The notes under the pieces are model-generated. The model saw only the letters and a list, made by a program, of their open reading frames with translations. It ran no database searches and was not told where the DNA came from. The position numbers and the translations under genes were made by a program. Source: a virus. From it: a stretch of 40,819 nt of DNA. Shown piece after piece: positions 15,710 to 24,520 of this stretch; the first letter of the stretch is position 1, and each line of letters starts with the position of its first letter. The stretch covers positions 1 to 40,819 of IMG/VR virus record IMGVR_UViG_3300029369_000006. The stretch is one strand, 5' to 3'.

Positions 15710-15919
15710 ATGCCAATAAAAAATGTTGTACAGAAAGCAAATTTGATGATCGGACAAATTAATCCCCACTACGATATGACTGTTAATAATGTAAAGGAAA
15801 TCCATGAAGTGTATGGTGGCAGTTTTGATACAATCTGCTGTTCTTTTAGATTTGGATATCTTCAAGGAATGAAAGCTGCTAAAGCAGAGATGAAGCGGGG
15901 GGCAGAATTAAATGGATGA
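15710..15919 (+). CDS. 69-aa hypothetical protein
   Basis: The ATG at 15710 is 8 nt after AAAGGAG. It contains the motif FRFGYLQGMKAAKAEMKRG. It overlaps the HNH gene start by 8 nt. Confidence 0.6.
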   Translation: MPIKNVVQKANLMIGQINPHYDMTVNNVKEIHEVYGGSFDTICCSFRFGYLQGMKAAKAEMKRGAELNG

Positions 15920-16547
15920 TCATGAGATTTGGAAGAGCATTTCAGGTTTCGAACGATATGCTGTTAGTAATTTAGGAAGAATAAAGAATAATGATTCTGA
16001 AAAAATCTTAAGTACAAGAAAAAGTACAAACGGTTATTTGCGTGTGAACCTACGGAAAGGTCATGTTAAATATGAAAAACCTACGGTAATTCATGTACAT
16101 AGACTGGTTGCAGAAGCATTTCTTCCGCCAATTGAAGGAAAAAAATGTGTTAATCACATTGATGGCAACAAAATCAATAATTGCGTGGATAATTTAGAAT
16201 GGGTAACAAATAGAGAAAATACAATGCATGCAATCAAGACGGGTTTAATGACTCCGGATTATTCAGAAATGAATAAAAAATCTCGGGTTAAAAGCAATGC
16301 GGCTCATAATACAAGACGATATCGCCAGAAAATGCAAATGATTAATCAAATGCTGGGACAGACACGACCTGTATTACAAATCAGCATAGATACTGGTGAA
16401 GTTTTACAGGAACATGTTAATTGCAATGAGGCCGCCAGATTTTTGTTTGGAGAAGGGACAACAAAGGACAGATTGATAAGTAGGTGCGCTAGAGGTAAAT
16501 GTAAAAGTGCATATGGTTTTTTGTGGAGATACAAAGAGGGCGAATAA
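15912..16547 (+). CDS. HNH homing endonuclease with NUMOD4-like N-terminus
   Basis: The N-terminus EIWKSISGFERYAVSNLGRIKN is NUMOD4-like. The HNH core is VHRLVAEAF...VNHIDGNKINNCVDNLEWVTNRENT. Confidence 0.85.
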   Translation: MDDHEIWKSISGFERYAVSNLGRIKNNDSEKILSTRKSTNGYLRVNLRKGHVKYEKPTVIHVHRLVAEAFLPPIEGKKCVNHIDGNKINNCVDNLEWVTNRENTMHAIKTGLMTPDYSEMNKKSRVKSNAAHNTRRYRQKMQMINQMLGQTRPVLQISIDTGEVLQEHVNCNEAARFLFGEGTTKDRLISRCARGKCKSAYGFLWRYKEGE

Positions 16548-16588
16548 TCGCTCTCTTTTGTTATATCAAGAGGGGGTGATTAAGCTCC

Positions 16589-17963
16589 ATGAGTTCTGAA
16601 AGATTAATATTATCTGATAAATACAAAGCATTTCTGAGATGCGATACACCGGTAGAATTCCTGGAGGGTTAGCACGACTGCAGCGGGCAAGACAACCGTT
16701 GGTCTGTTTAAGTTTATGTGCAAGGTTGCGGAATCACCGAAGAAACTGCATATCCTGGCAGCAGATGACACCGGAGCCGCAGAGAAGAACATCATCAACA
16801 AAGACCTTGGCATTCTGGATGATTTCGGAATATTGACTGAGTATAAAGGCAATGGATCCGGGGAATACAAGATGCCACATATCCTGTTCCATACATCCGG
16901 CGGGGATAAAATTATCTTTGTCGTTGGATATGGTAACAAGAGCAAGTGGAAGGATGCCCTTGGCGGTCAGTATGGATGCCTGTATATTGATGAAATCAAC
17001 ACTGCAAATATAGAATTTGTCCGTGAGGCATCCATGCGCTGTGATTATCTGATGGCAACGCTTAATCCGGATGATCCGAGTCTTGATGTATACAAAGAGT
17101 ATATCAACTGCGCCAGGCCACTTCCGGAGTGGGCGGACAACACTCCGCAGGAAATTAAAGAGGAATTGAAAGAAGAACCAAAACCCGGCTGGGTCCATTG
17201 GTTCTTTTCTTTTGACGATAATGCCGGTCTTCCGGAAGAAAAGAAACAGAGAATCATACAGAATACCCCGAAGGGAACAAAAATCTGGAAAAACAAGATT
17301 GAGGGGCTGAGAGGCAAGGCAACCGGGCTGGTGTTCCCGAATTTCAGTAGAAAGAAACATGTTGTATCTGAGAAATGGTTAAGGTCCCAGATAACAGCAG
17401 GAAAGATTAAATTCAAGAAGTTCACCTGTGGACTGGACACTTCCTATTCTTCAAAATCCCCGGATACAATCGCAATGATGTTTCAGGGAATCACAGAAGA
17501 CAGGAAGTTGATTACGCTTGCTGAAAAAGTATATAGCAACAAAGAACTGGATCAGCCACTTGCTCCGTCAGATACAGCGGTAAAATTTGTTGAATTTCTG
17601 GAAAGATGCCGCAAAGACTGGGGATTTGCAAAAGATACATTTGTTGACTGCGCAGATGCGGCAACAATTACAGAACTGCGGAAATATAAGCGTCTGCGTG
17701 GATGCTTATACAATTTCGTAGAATCTTACAAGAAAGTAGAAATACTGGACAGAATCAAGCTCCAGTTAGGTTGGATCCAGCAGGGATGCTATTTGGTATT
17801 GGACGCATGTACCAATCATATTACGGAAATGGAAAAGTATTCATGGAACGAAGACAAAGACATTCCAGAAGATAAAAATGATCATACGATCAACTCGCAG
17901 CAGTATGGATGGATCCCGTTCCGCAATATGATCGGATTTGAGGTGGAGGAACAGAAAAGGTGA
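16589..17963 (+). CDS. terL: terminase large subunit, reading frame interrupted by a +1 shift within 16656-16672
   Basis: The 27-codon N-terminal piece MSSERLILSDKYKAFLRCDTPVEFLEG ends at TAG (16670-16672). The Walker A STTAAGKTTVG and the rest of the protein (ORF-track 16716..17963) lie in the +1 frame, which is open from 16656. The C-terminal nuclease-like region is DTSYS...DHTINSQQY. Confidence 0.8.
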
Positions 17964-19588
17964 AATGGATGGAAAAATTAAATGAAAACATAAAAAAGAC
18001 GGTCAGGAGCTGGTTGAATGTTCTTCCGGCAAATCCCTTTAATTTTCAGATTAATGAAATGATGGATTTTGAAGGACATGCGATCTTAAACCGTATCTGG
18101 TACAGAGGTGACGGCAACGAGCTTGAACAGATCTATCGACAGAATGCAGAATTTGCAGACAGGCATAAGTTCTGGGCAAGCAAGTCAACACCTGGTATGG
18201 ATATACGTAAGATCCACACAGGACTTCCGGGACTGACAGTTAAAGTTCTTTCTTTCGTAGTTCTTCCAGACATGAATGATTTTGAATTTGAAAATCCGTC
18301 GCAGGAAGAATTATGGAAAAAGATTGAAAAAGATAATAAATTTCATAAAAAGATAGAAAGTGCCCTCAAAGAAACACTGTTTATTGGGGATGGTGCTTTT
18401 AAAGTTACCGTCGATACAACTATCAGTGAGTATCCGATATTGGAATGGTATCCCGGTGACAGAGTAGAATTTATTTACCAGAGAGACCGAATTAGAGAAA
18501 TTGTGTTTAAGACCCCATATGAAGAAAAGGGTAAGACATATGTACTGAATGAACGGTATGGCTATGGTTACATCATTAACGAACTGTATCTGGGAGATAA
18601 GCTGGTAGATATTAAGACAATTAAATCTACAGAAAATCTGGTAGATATAACGTTTGATGATTCTGTAATGTTTGCTGTACCATTGATGATTTACGAATCC
18701 TCCAGATACGAAGGCAGAGGCGGCAGCATCTTTGATGGAAAGCTGGACAGCTATGATTCGCTGGATGAAACATGGTCACAGTGGATGGATGCTTTAAGAG
18801 CAGGACGTGCAAAGACATATATTCCGGAATGTTTGATTCCGCATGATCCGGCAACTGGAGCACTGGTCAAACCTAATCCGTTTGATAACAGGTATTTTGC
18901 ATCTGACGGCGACATGAGGGAAGGGCAGAAGAATCAGGTTATTACAGATCAGCCGGTAATTCCGCATGACAGCTATATGGCATCGTATATAACAGCTCTT
19001 GACCTGTGTCTGCAGGGAGTTATCAGTCCTTCTACCCTGGGGATTGATACAAAGAAACTGGATAATGCGGATGCACAGAGAGAAAAAGAGAAAACCACAC
19101 TGTACACCAGAAATGCAATTGTAAAAGCCTTGCAGGAAACATTACCGGATGTTGTTGCGATGTGTATTAATGCGGACAATATTTTTCTGCATAAAAAAGG
19201 TGCAGAAGAAGTGAAAGTCAATGTTTCGTTTGGAGAATATGCAAACCCATCTTTCGAAAGTCAGGTTGAAACGATCGCAAAAGCAAAACAGGGCGGAATC
19301 ATGAGTATTGAACGATGTGTGGAAGAACTTTATGGTGATACTCTCGATGAGCATTGCAAAGAGGAAGAAATCACTCGTTTAAAAGCAGAACAGGGAATAC
19401 AGGATATGGAAGAACCGGCGGTGAACATGACAGCCGGTGATTTTTATGCAGATCTGGAAGGCGGTGAAGGTGATGAGGGTAAAAGTAGGACCACGAATGT
19501 ACAGAATGAGCCGCAAGGAGTACCAGGGACTACTCCAAGTAGCAAAGGAGCAGGTGCCGATGGGAATCTACGCGGTGGAAAAAGCTGA
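17960..19588 (+). CDS. portal protein (SPP1 gp6-like)
   Basis: 542 aa. Its start overlaps the terL stop. It holds the expected position and size, with an acidic/Gly-rich C-terminal tail. Confidence 0.85.
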   Translation: MKWMEKLNENIKKTVRSWLNVLPANPFNFQINEMMDFEGHAILNRIWYRGDGNELEQIYRQNAEFADRHKFWASKSTPGMDIRKIHTGLPGLTVKVLSFVVLPDMNDFEFENPSQEELWKKIEKDNKFHKKIESALKETLFIGDGAFKVTVDTTISEYPILEWYPGDRVEFIYQRDRIREIVFKTPYEEKGKTYVLNERYGYGYIINELYLGDKLVDIKTIKSTENLVDITFDDSVMFAVPLMIYESSRYEGRGGSIFDGKLDSYDSLDETWSQWMDALRAGRAKTYIPECLIPHDPATGALVKPNPFDNRYFASDGDMREGQKNQVITDQPVIPHDSYMASYITALDLCLQGVISPSTLGIDTKKLDNADAQREKEKTTLYTRNAIVKALQETLPDVVAMCINADNIFLHKKGAEEVKVNVSFGEYANPSFESQVETIAKAKQGGIMSIERCVEELYGDTLDEHCKEEEITRLKAEQGIQDMEEPAVNMTAGDFYADLEGGEGDEGKSRTTNVQNEPQGVPGTTPSSKGAGADGNLRGGKS

Positions 19589-19700
19589 CTATGCAGAACT
19601 CCGACGGGATAAATGTGAAAGTATCACAAAACTAAAAGAGCTGACACGGCAGTTCAAAGCACAGGGCTTCAAGGTGTGGTCAAATGGCAAAGATAAATGA
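19560..19700 (+). CDS. possible 46-aa protein overlapping the portal 3' end and the MuF 5' end
   Basis: The frame is open from 19437. Translation is MGIYAVEKADYAELRRDKCESITKLKELTRQFKAQGFKVWSNG, which has non-random helical character. The start codon is uncertain. Confidence 0.3.
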   Translation: MGIYAVEKADYAELRRDKCESITKLKELTRQFKAQGFKVWSNGKDK

Positions 19701-21297
19701 TGAGTACGATATTGGTGCTGCTTTCGAAGCAATCGAAAATGAACTGATCTCATCTATGATCCGGAACTTCGAAAACCATAAGCAGGAAGAACTTGATGAA
19801 AAAAAACACTGGTCCATGTGGCAGACGGAGATGTTAAAATCCCTGGAAAAGTACAAGCATGACAACCAGAAGAAATATGGAAAGCAGTTCAAGGACATTA
19901 ACAAACAGATCGAGGTACTGATCAGACTTGCAAGAAGCGAAGGTGGTATGAATCAGGAGAAACGGATACTGGAAGAAATCAAGAAAGGATTTCCTGCAAA
20001 ACGTATTGCAAAAGGCGGCACTGCAGAGTTTTTTAAAGTCAATGACAGAAAGTTGGATGCGCTGATTCAGGCAACCACATCGGACATACAGAAAGCAGAG
20101 GCAGCAGTTTTACGCATGGCAAATGATCAGTACCGAAAGATCATATATAACGCGCAGGTATACGCTAATACCGGAGCTGGTACATATGAGAAAGCGGTAG
20201 ACATGGCCACAAAGGATTTTCTTTCTGCAGGTTTGAATTGCATCCAGTATACCAATGGAGCAAGACACACAATTGCTGACTACGCAGATATGGCAATCCG
20301 GACAGCGAGCAAGAGAGCTTACCTGCAGGGGGAAGGCGAAATGCGTCAGCAGTGGGGAATGCATCTTGTGATTATGAATAAGCGAGGTTCTCCATGTCCG
20401 AAATGTCTGCCCTTCGTTGGTAAGATTCTGATAGATGATATGTGGAGCGGTGGCAGCAGTAAAGATGGGAAATATCCGCTTATGTCTTCGGCAATAGCAG
20501 CAGGTCTCTATCATCCCCGGTGCAAAGATTCTCATACTACATATTTCCCGGGTATCACGAAAGTAGATCCGAAATACAACAAACAGGAAATCTCTGATCT
20601 GGAAGAACAGGCACGGCAGGAAGCCAGACAGCAATATGCCGAGCGTCAGGAAAAGAGATTTGGAAGACTTACAGATTTCTCACTGGATCCGGAGAACCGG
20701 CAGAGGTACGAACAGAAACAAAAAGAGTGGAAACATGTTCGAATGAGAACCGGTGATATGGATACTCAGGAATATGTAGAAGTTAAAAAGGCAAAGGCTT
20801 TTTTAGGAGAACCAATAGATATAACATCTTTATGGACGGACAAGGATTCTGGACATGGAAAAGTAAAAGACATATTGAAAGTTCATATAAATAATGAGTT
20901 TTTTGAAGTAAACGGAAAAACAGTATTGCTGGATTATTCTGCGCATGAGAAAGAAATTGCTGAAATAATAGCTGAAAAATGTGGAAAAAATGTTGAAATG
21001 GTGCCACGAGTGACATACCCACAGGGAATACAAACACCGGATTATCTGATTGATGGATCAAAATATGATTTGAAAACACCGATTGGAAATGGAAAGAATA
21101 CATTGTATGGGATGATGAAATCCAAGAAACGGCAAGCAAATAATTTTGTTATATGTGCAGATAAAACAGAATTAAGCACGGAAGAACTGAAACGTCAGAT
21201 AAAAGCTATATACACATCTAGAAATACAACATTTGTTGATACGATTGTATTAATTCGAAATAAACAAATAGTAAAAGTGTATAGAAGAAATAAATAG
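19684..21297 (+). CDS. MuF / SPP1 gp7-like minor capsid (head morphogenesis) protein fused to a C-terminal nuclease-toxin-like domain
   Basis: The MuF core reads YRKIIYNAQVYANTGAGTYEKAVD...NKRGSPCPKCLPFVGK...YHPRCKDS. A coiled linker follows. The roughly 170-aa A+T-rich C-terminal domain carries TPDYLIDGSKYDLKTP (PD...D-x-K). Confidence 0.8.
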   Translation: MAKINDEYDIGAAFEAIENELISSMIRNFENHKQEELDEKKHWSMWQTEMLKSLEKYKHDNQKKYGKQFKDINKQIEVLIRLARSEGGMNQEKRILEEIKKGFPAKRIAKGGTAEFFKVNDRKLDALIQATTSDIQKAEAAVLRMANDQYRKIIYNAQVYANTGAGTYEKAVDMATKDFLSAGLNCIQYTNGARHTIADYADMAIRTASKRAYLQGEGEMRQQWGMHLVIMNKRGSPCPKCLPFVGKILIDDMWSGGSSKDGKYPLMSSAIAAGLYHPRCKDSHTTYFPGITKVDPKYNKQEISDLEEQARQEARQQYAERQEKRFGRLTDFSLDPENRQRYEQKQKEWKHVRMRTGDMDTQEYVEVKKAKAFLGEPIDITSLWTDKDSGHGKVKDILKVHINNEFFEVNGKTVLLDYSAHEKEIAEIIAEKCGKNVEMVPRVTYPQGIQTPDYLIDGSKYDLKTPIGNGKNTLYGMMKSKKRQANNFVICADKTELSTEELKRQIKAIYTSRNTTFVDTIVLIRNKQIVKVYRRNK

Positions 21298-21427
21298 GAG
21301 CTGTTTTCGCTCCCGGCAACCTTGAAGTATCAAGGGCAAAAGGGGGAACAAAACAACTCCTATAAGATATCTTATACATATTTTACGATAATATGCGTGA
21401 AAATGCAAGCTAAGTTTCGTTAATTTT

Positions 21428-21457
21428 CACCAGTCAGAAATGGCTGGTGGTATTTTT
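21428..21457 (+). terminator. rho-independent terminator
   Basis: An 8-bp stem pairs CACCAGTC with GGCTGGTG (one G-U) around an AGAAAT loop. GTATTTTTA follows. Confidence 0.6.
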
Positions 21458-21491
21458 ATACCCATTTTTATGAAAGAGAGGACAGAAAAAG

Positions 21492-21791
21492 ATGAAAAAA
21501 TTATTTATCAGCCAGCCTATGAGGGGCAAAACAGATGAGGAAATCCTTGCAGTGAGAGAAAAAGCAATCAAAAGCGCAGAAGAAATGATTGGTGAACCTG
21601 TGGAAGTGATTGATTCGTTCTTTCAGTCAGCACCTGCAGATGCAAGACCACTGTGGTTTCTTGGAAAATCACTGGAATTACTGTCTACAGCAGATGTGGC
21701 ATATTTTGCAGAAGGCTGGAATGAGTTCAGAGGCTGTAAGATTGAACATACCTGTGCTGTAGAATACAACATTGATCGAATTGAAGAGTAA
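21492..21791 (+). CDS. DUF4406 / nucleoside 2-deoxyribosyltransferase-like small protein (alternative: immunity protein for the MuF C-terminal domain)
   Basis: 99 aa. The N-terminal MKKLFISQPMRGKT and the C-terminal AYFAEGWNEFRGCKIEHTCA resemble the ISGPM...GW..S.G...E pattern of that fold. Confidence 0.45.
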   Translation: MKKLFISQPMRGKTDEEILAVREKAIKSAEEMIGEPVEVIDSFFQSAPADARPLWFLGKSLELLSTADVAYFAEGWNEFRGCKIEHTCAVEYNIDRIEE

Positions 21792-21815
21792 TTTGCACCA
21801 GCGCAATGGAGGGAG

Positions 21816-22004
21816 GTGAGAACGGTGAGGATAAGAGTAATCCACGATTTCAAAGATATGCAGAATGATCTGAAACTCAGATCTGTCGGTGAAACTATGA
21901 CGGTATCAAAAGAGAGAGCTGAGTATCTGGCACACATGAAAGTAGCAGAGATTATCGATTCGAAAGGCGGTGATCCGGAATCTCCCATTGAGGCGCAGGG
22001 TTAA
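21816..22004 (+). CDS. 62-aa hypothetical protein
   Basis: GTG start after GGAGGGAGGTGAGAACG. Confidence 0.5.
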   Translation: MRTVRIRVIHDFKDMQNDLKLRSVGETMTVSKERAEYLAHMKVAEIIDSKGGDPESPIEAQG

Positions 22005-22118
22005 GCGTCTTATTTTTATGTCCAAACACGATATGACGTGAAAAGGTGCGTGGCCGGTGACACCGATGACAATGGATGAAACAAGAGTGACACTCTCAAA
22101 ATGGAAAGGAGTCCAGAA

Positions 22119-22751
22119 ATGGCAGAGAATAACACAGGAACACAGAACAATGCAAATCCACAGGGTGAACCTCAGAATGGGGCACAGAACAGCCAGCAGC
22201 AGACACCACCAGCAATTGACTATGGAAAGATTCAGCAGATGCTGGACGGAACTCTTGCGGCAAAAGAAGATACTGCCTTAAAAGCGTATTTTAGGCAGCA
22301 GGGACTCTCGCAGCAGGAAGTTGAACAGGCAATATCTGCATTTAAAGAGCAGAAAGCAGCAAATCAGCCAGATGTGACTGGCATGCAGAACCAGATCACA
22401 GAGACGCAGGCACAGCTCGCGACAGCACAGAAAGCGGCTCAGGCGGCACATGTAGAAAGTGCAGCTACAATGATGGCTGTTTCACTGGGCATCGATGCAA
22501 AAACAATTCCATATGTCCTTAAAATGGCTGATTTCAGTCAGGTAATTGGACAGGATGGGAAAATCAATGAAGAAACATTGAAAACAGCGGTAAATAAAGT
22601 ACTGGAAGACATTCCGGCACTGAAACCACAGGCTGACGGAAAGACCGGCTTTACACAGATTGGGACTGGTGGCAATCCGGCACAGCATCCGCAGCAGACA
22701 ACAACAAATCAGCCGACAGTACCGACAAAACGCTGGAATCGTTGGAATTAA
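22119..22751 (+). CDS. capsid scaffolding protein
   Basis: The ATG at 22119 follows AAAGGAG. The N-terminus is Q/N-rich and disordered, followed by a helical region. It lies immediately upstream of the major capsid gene. Confidence 0.7.
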   Translation: MAENNTGTQNNANPQGEPQNGAQNSQQQTPPAIDYGKIQQMLDGTLAAKEDTALKAYFRQQGLSQQEVEQAISAFKEQKAANQPDVTGMQNQITETQAQLATAQKAAQAAHVESAATMMAVSLGIDAKTIPYVLKMADFSQVIGQDGKINEETLKTAVNKVLEDIPALKPQADGKTGFTQIGTGGNPAQHPQQTTTNQPTVPTKRWNRWN

Positions 22752-22798
22752 ATGTGTCCGATTCGGACACCTCAGAAAAAAGAAAGAAGGTATAAGAT

Positions 22799-23776
22799 AT
22801 GGCATTAAATTATGCAGAACAGTGGAGCCCGGAACTCCTTGAGATCCTGATGCAGGGAACCCTGACATCTCCGTTTGTGACCAGCAATGTAAGATGGCTG
22901 GATGCGAAAACATTCCATTTCACTCAGATGAGCACATCCGGTTACAAAAATCATAACCGTAAAGGTGGATGGAATACCGGAACTTATGATCAGAAAGATG
23001 TACCATTCACACTGGAACATGACCGCGATGTTGAATTTATGGTAGACAAAGCAGATGTTGATGAAACAAATGCAACAGCATCTATCCAGAATATTTCACG
23101 TGTATTCGAACAGACGTGGGTTGTACCGGAAACAGATGCATTATTCTTCTCGAAGGTAGCTCAGGCAGCACAGAAAGAAGAAGGCTACCATGGATCCACA
23201 GCTACATCCGCGTATACTAAAGCAAAAGTTTTTAGTATGTTAAAAGATATCCTTGCAAAAGGAAAACTTAGAAGATACAAAGCAAACGGTTCCCTGATTA
23301 TGTATGTTTGCAGTGAGATCATGGATGCCCTGGAGCAGTCCACAGAGTTTACACGTAAGATTGAGATAACTCAGATCGCAGAGGGCGGTATGGGAATCGA
23401 AACCAGAGTAACAGACATTGACGGAGTTCCGATCATGGAAGTAATCGATGATGAACGTTTTTATGATGCATTTGACTGGGAACCGGAAGGCGGCGGTTTT
23501 GCACCACTGAAAAAAGTTGCTGCAGATCAGGAACATAGTGTTGAAGCGGTGACAGGCGCACACAAAATTAATGTGCTGGTAGCGTGCGGACAGACCTGCA
23601 AGACAGTTCCGAAGATCAACAGCATCTATTACTTTGAACCGGGAGCACATACAAAAGGTGATGGTTATCTGTATCAGAACAGATCTTTCTCTGATGTATT
23701 TGTATTTCCGAATGGTCGTGATGGCAAGATTGACAGCATCTATGTAGATGTGGATACTACAGAAGTTGGTGCCTGA
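22799..23776 (+). CDS. major capsid protein
   Basis: 325 aa with N-terminus MALNYAEQWSPELLEIL. The position after the scaffold and the size fit the SPP1-type capsid class. Confidence 0.85.
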   Translation: MALNYAEQWSPELLEILMQGTLTSPFVTSNVRWLDAKTFHFTQMSTSGYKNHNRKGGWNTGTYDQKDVPFTLEHDRDVEFMVDKADVDETNATASIQNISRVFEQTWVVPETDALFFSKVAQAAQKEEGYHGSTATSAYTKAKVFSMLKDILAKGKLRRYKANGSLIMYVCSEIMDALEQSTEFTRKIEITQIAEGGMGIETRVTDIDGVPIMEVIDDERFYDAFDWEPEGGGFAPLKKVAADQEHSVEAVTGAHKINVLVACGQTCKTVPKINSIYYFEPGAHTKGDGYLYQNRSFSDVFVFPNGRDGKIDSIYVDVDTTEVGA

Positions 23777-23790
23777 CAAGAGGTGAGAAT

Positions 23791-24177
23791 ATGACTTACA
23801 AACCATACGCATCCGAAGATTATTACGTGGACCAGTATGAAGGCAGTAGCATCCCTGAAGATGGACTGGAGAAAGCCCTGAAACAGGCATCCAGACACGT
23901 TGATTCCCTGACTTACAACCGCATTGTAGGTCGGGGATTTTCTAATCTTACGGCTTATCAGCGGGAGATCATTAGGGAAGTCGTGTGCATGCAGGCGGAT
24001 TTCGAGTATGAAAATGCGGATGAGATAAACAGCGTGTTATCTTCGTACAGCATCAATGGAGTGTCTGCACAGTTCGGCAGCAGCTGGAATGTGTTCACCG
24101 GCAAAGGTGTGGCAATGAAACGTGATGTGTATGCATTGTTACAGCAGACTGGATTATGCTGCATGTTAGCGAGGTGA
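23791..24177 (+). CDS. head-tail connector / adaptor protein
   Basis: 128 aa and the first gene after the capsid gene. The SD is GAGGTGAGAAT. Confidence 0.55.
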   Translation: MTYKPYASEDYYVDQYEGSSIPEDGLEKALKQASRHVDSLTYNRIVGRGFSNLTAYQREIIREVVCMQADFEYENADEINSVLSSYSINGVSAQFGSSWNVFTGKGVAMKRDVYALLQQTGLCCMLAR

Positions 24178-24181
24178 TCGT

Positions 24182-24520
24182 ATGAGATACCCATGTTTGG
24201 TGCCGAAAAGACTTTGCAAGACAGATATTGCCTGTATGTTTGAACAGGAAGGACTGAACGAATACGGAGAACCTCTTAAGACGATAGAGTTTTCTGGCAA
24301 GTGTAATTATCAGGACAAAGCAAGAACAGTTCTGACAGCAGAGAAAAAGCTGGTACAGATTACCGGCACAGCGCTGTTCCCGGGTGACATCTGCCCGGAA
24401 CTGCCGGTGATCTCCGGAGGCTCTGCCGTGATCTTCGGGGTGAAAAGACGAATCGAACAGGGGACAAAGGCAAGAAATCCTGATGGTTCTGTGAATTATA
24501 CGGAGGTGATGCTGGTATGA
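24182..24520 (+). CDS. head closure / head-tail joining protein
   Basis: 112 aa. The call rests on synteny in the connector block. Confidence 0.5.
   Translation: MRYPCLVPKRLCKTDIACMFEQEGLNEYGEPLKTIEFSGKCNYQDKARTVLTAEKKLVQITGTALFPGDICPELPVISGGSAVIFGVKRRIEQGTKARNPDGSVNYTEVMLV

Larger units (their letters stand above)
15352..16588 (+). mobile_element. A+T-rich three-gene cassette (RHH regulator, unknown, free-standing HNH homing endonuclease) inserted between terS and terL
   Basis: The cassette has its own consensus promoter and visibly lower G+C than the flanking terminase genes. It contains a NUMOD4/HNH endonuclease. Confidence 0.55.

Noticed and set aside
15024-15865. Two long minus-strand ORFs (198 and 199 aa) across terS and the RHH cassette
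   Set aside because: They are antisense to well-supported plus-strand genes. They have F/S/I-rich low-complexity translations typical of the reverse complement of A-rich coding DNA, with no SD and no motifs.
15912-16547. HNH endonuclease as the packaging-associated HNH of cos phages
   Set aside because: Those proteins are typically short and sit next to cos and terS at the genome end. This one is 211 aa with a NUMOD4-type N-terminus and sits in an A+T-rich insertion, which fits a free-standing homing endonuclease better. This is not fully excluded.
22057-22281. 74-aa ORF upstream of and overlapping the scaffold gene
   Set aside because: It is an alternative frame of the scaffold 5' region with a GTG start and no SD. 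The scaffold frame has an AAAGGAG SD before ATG 22119.
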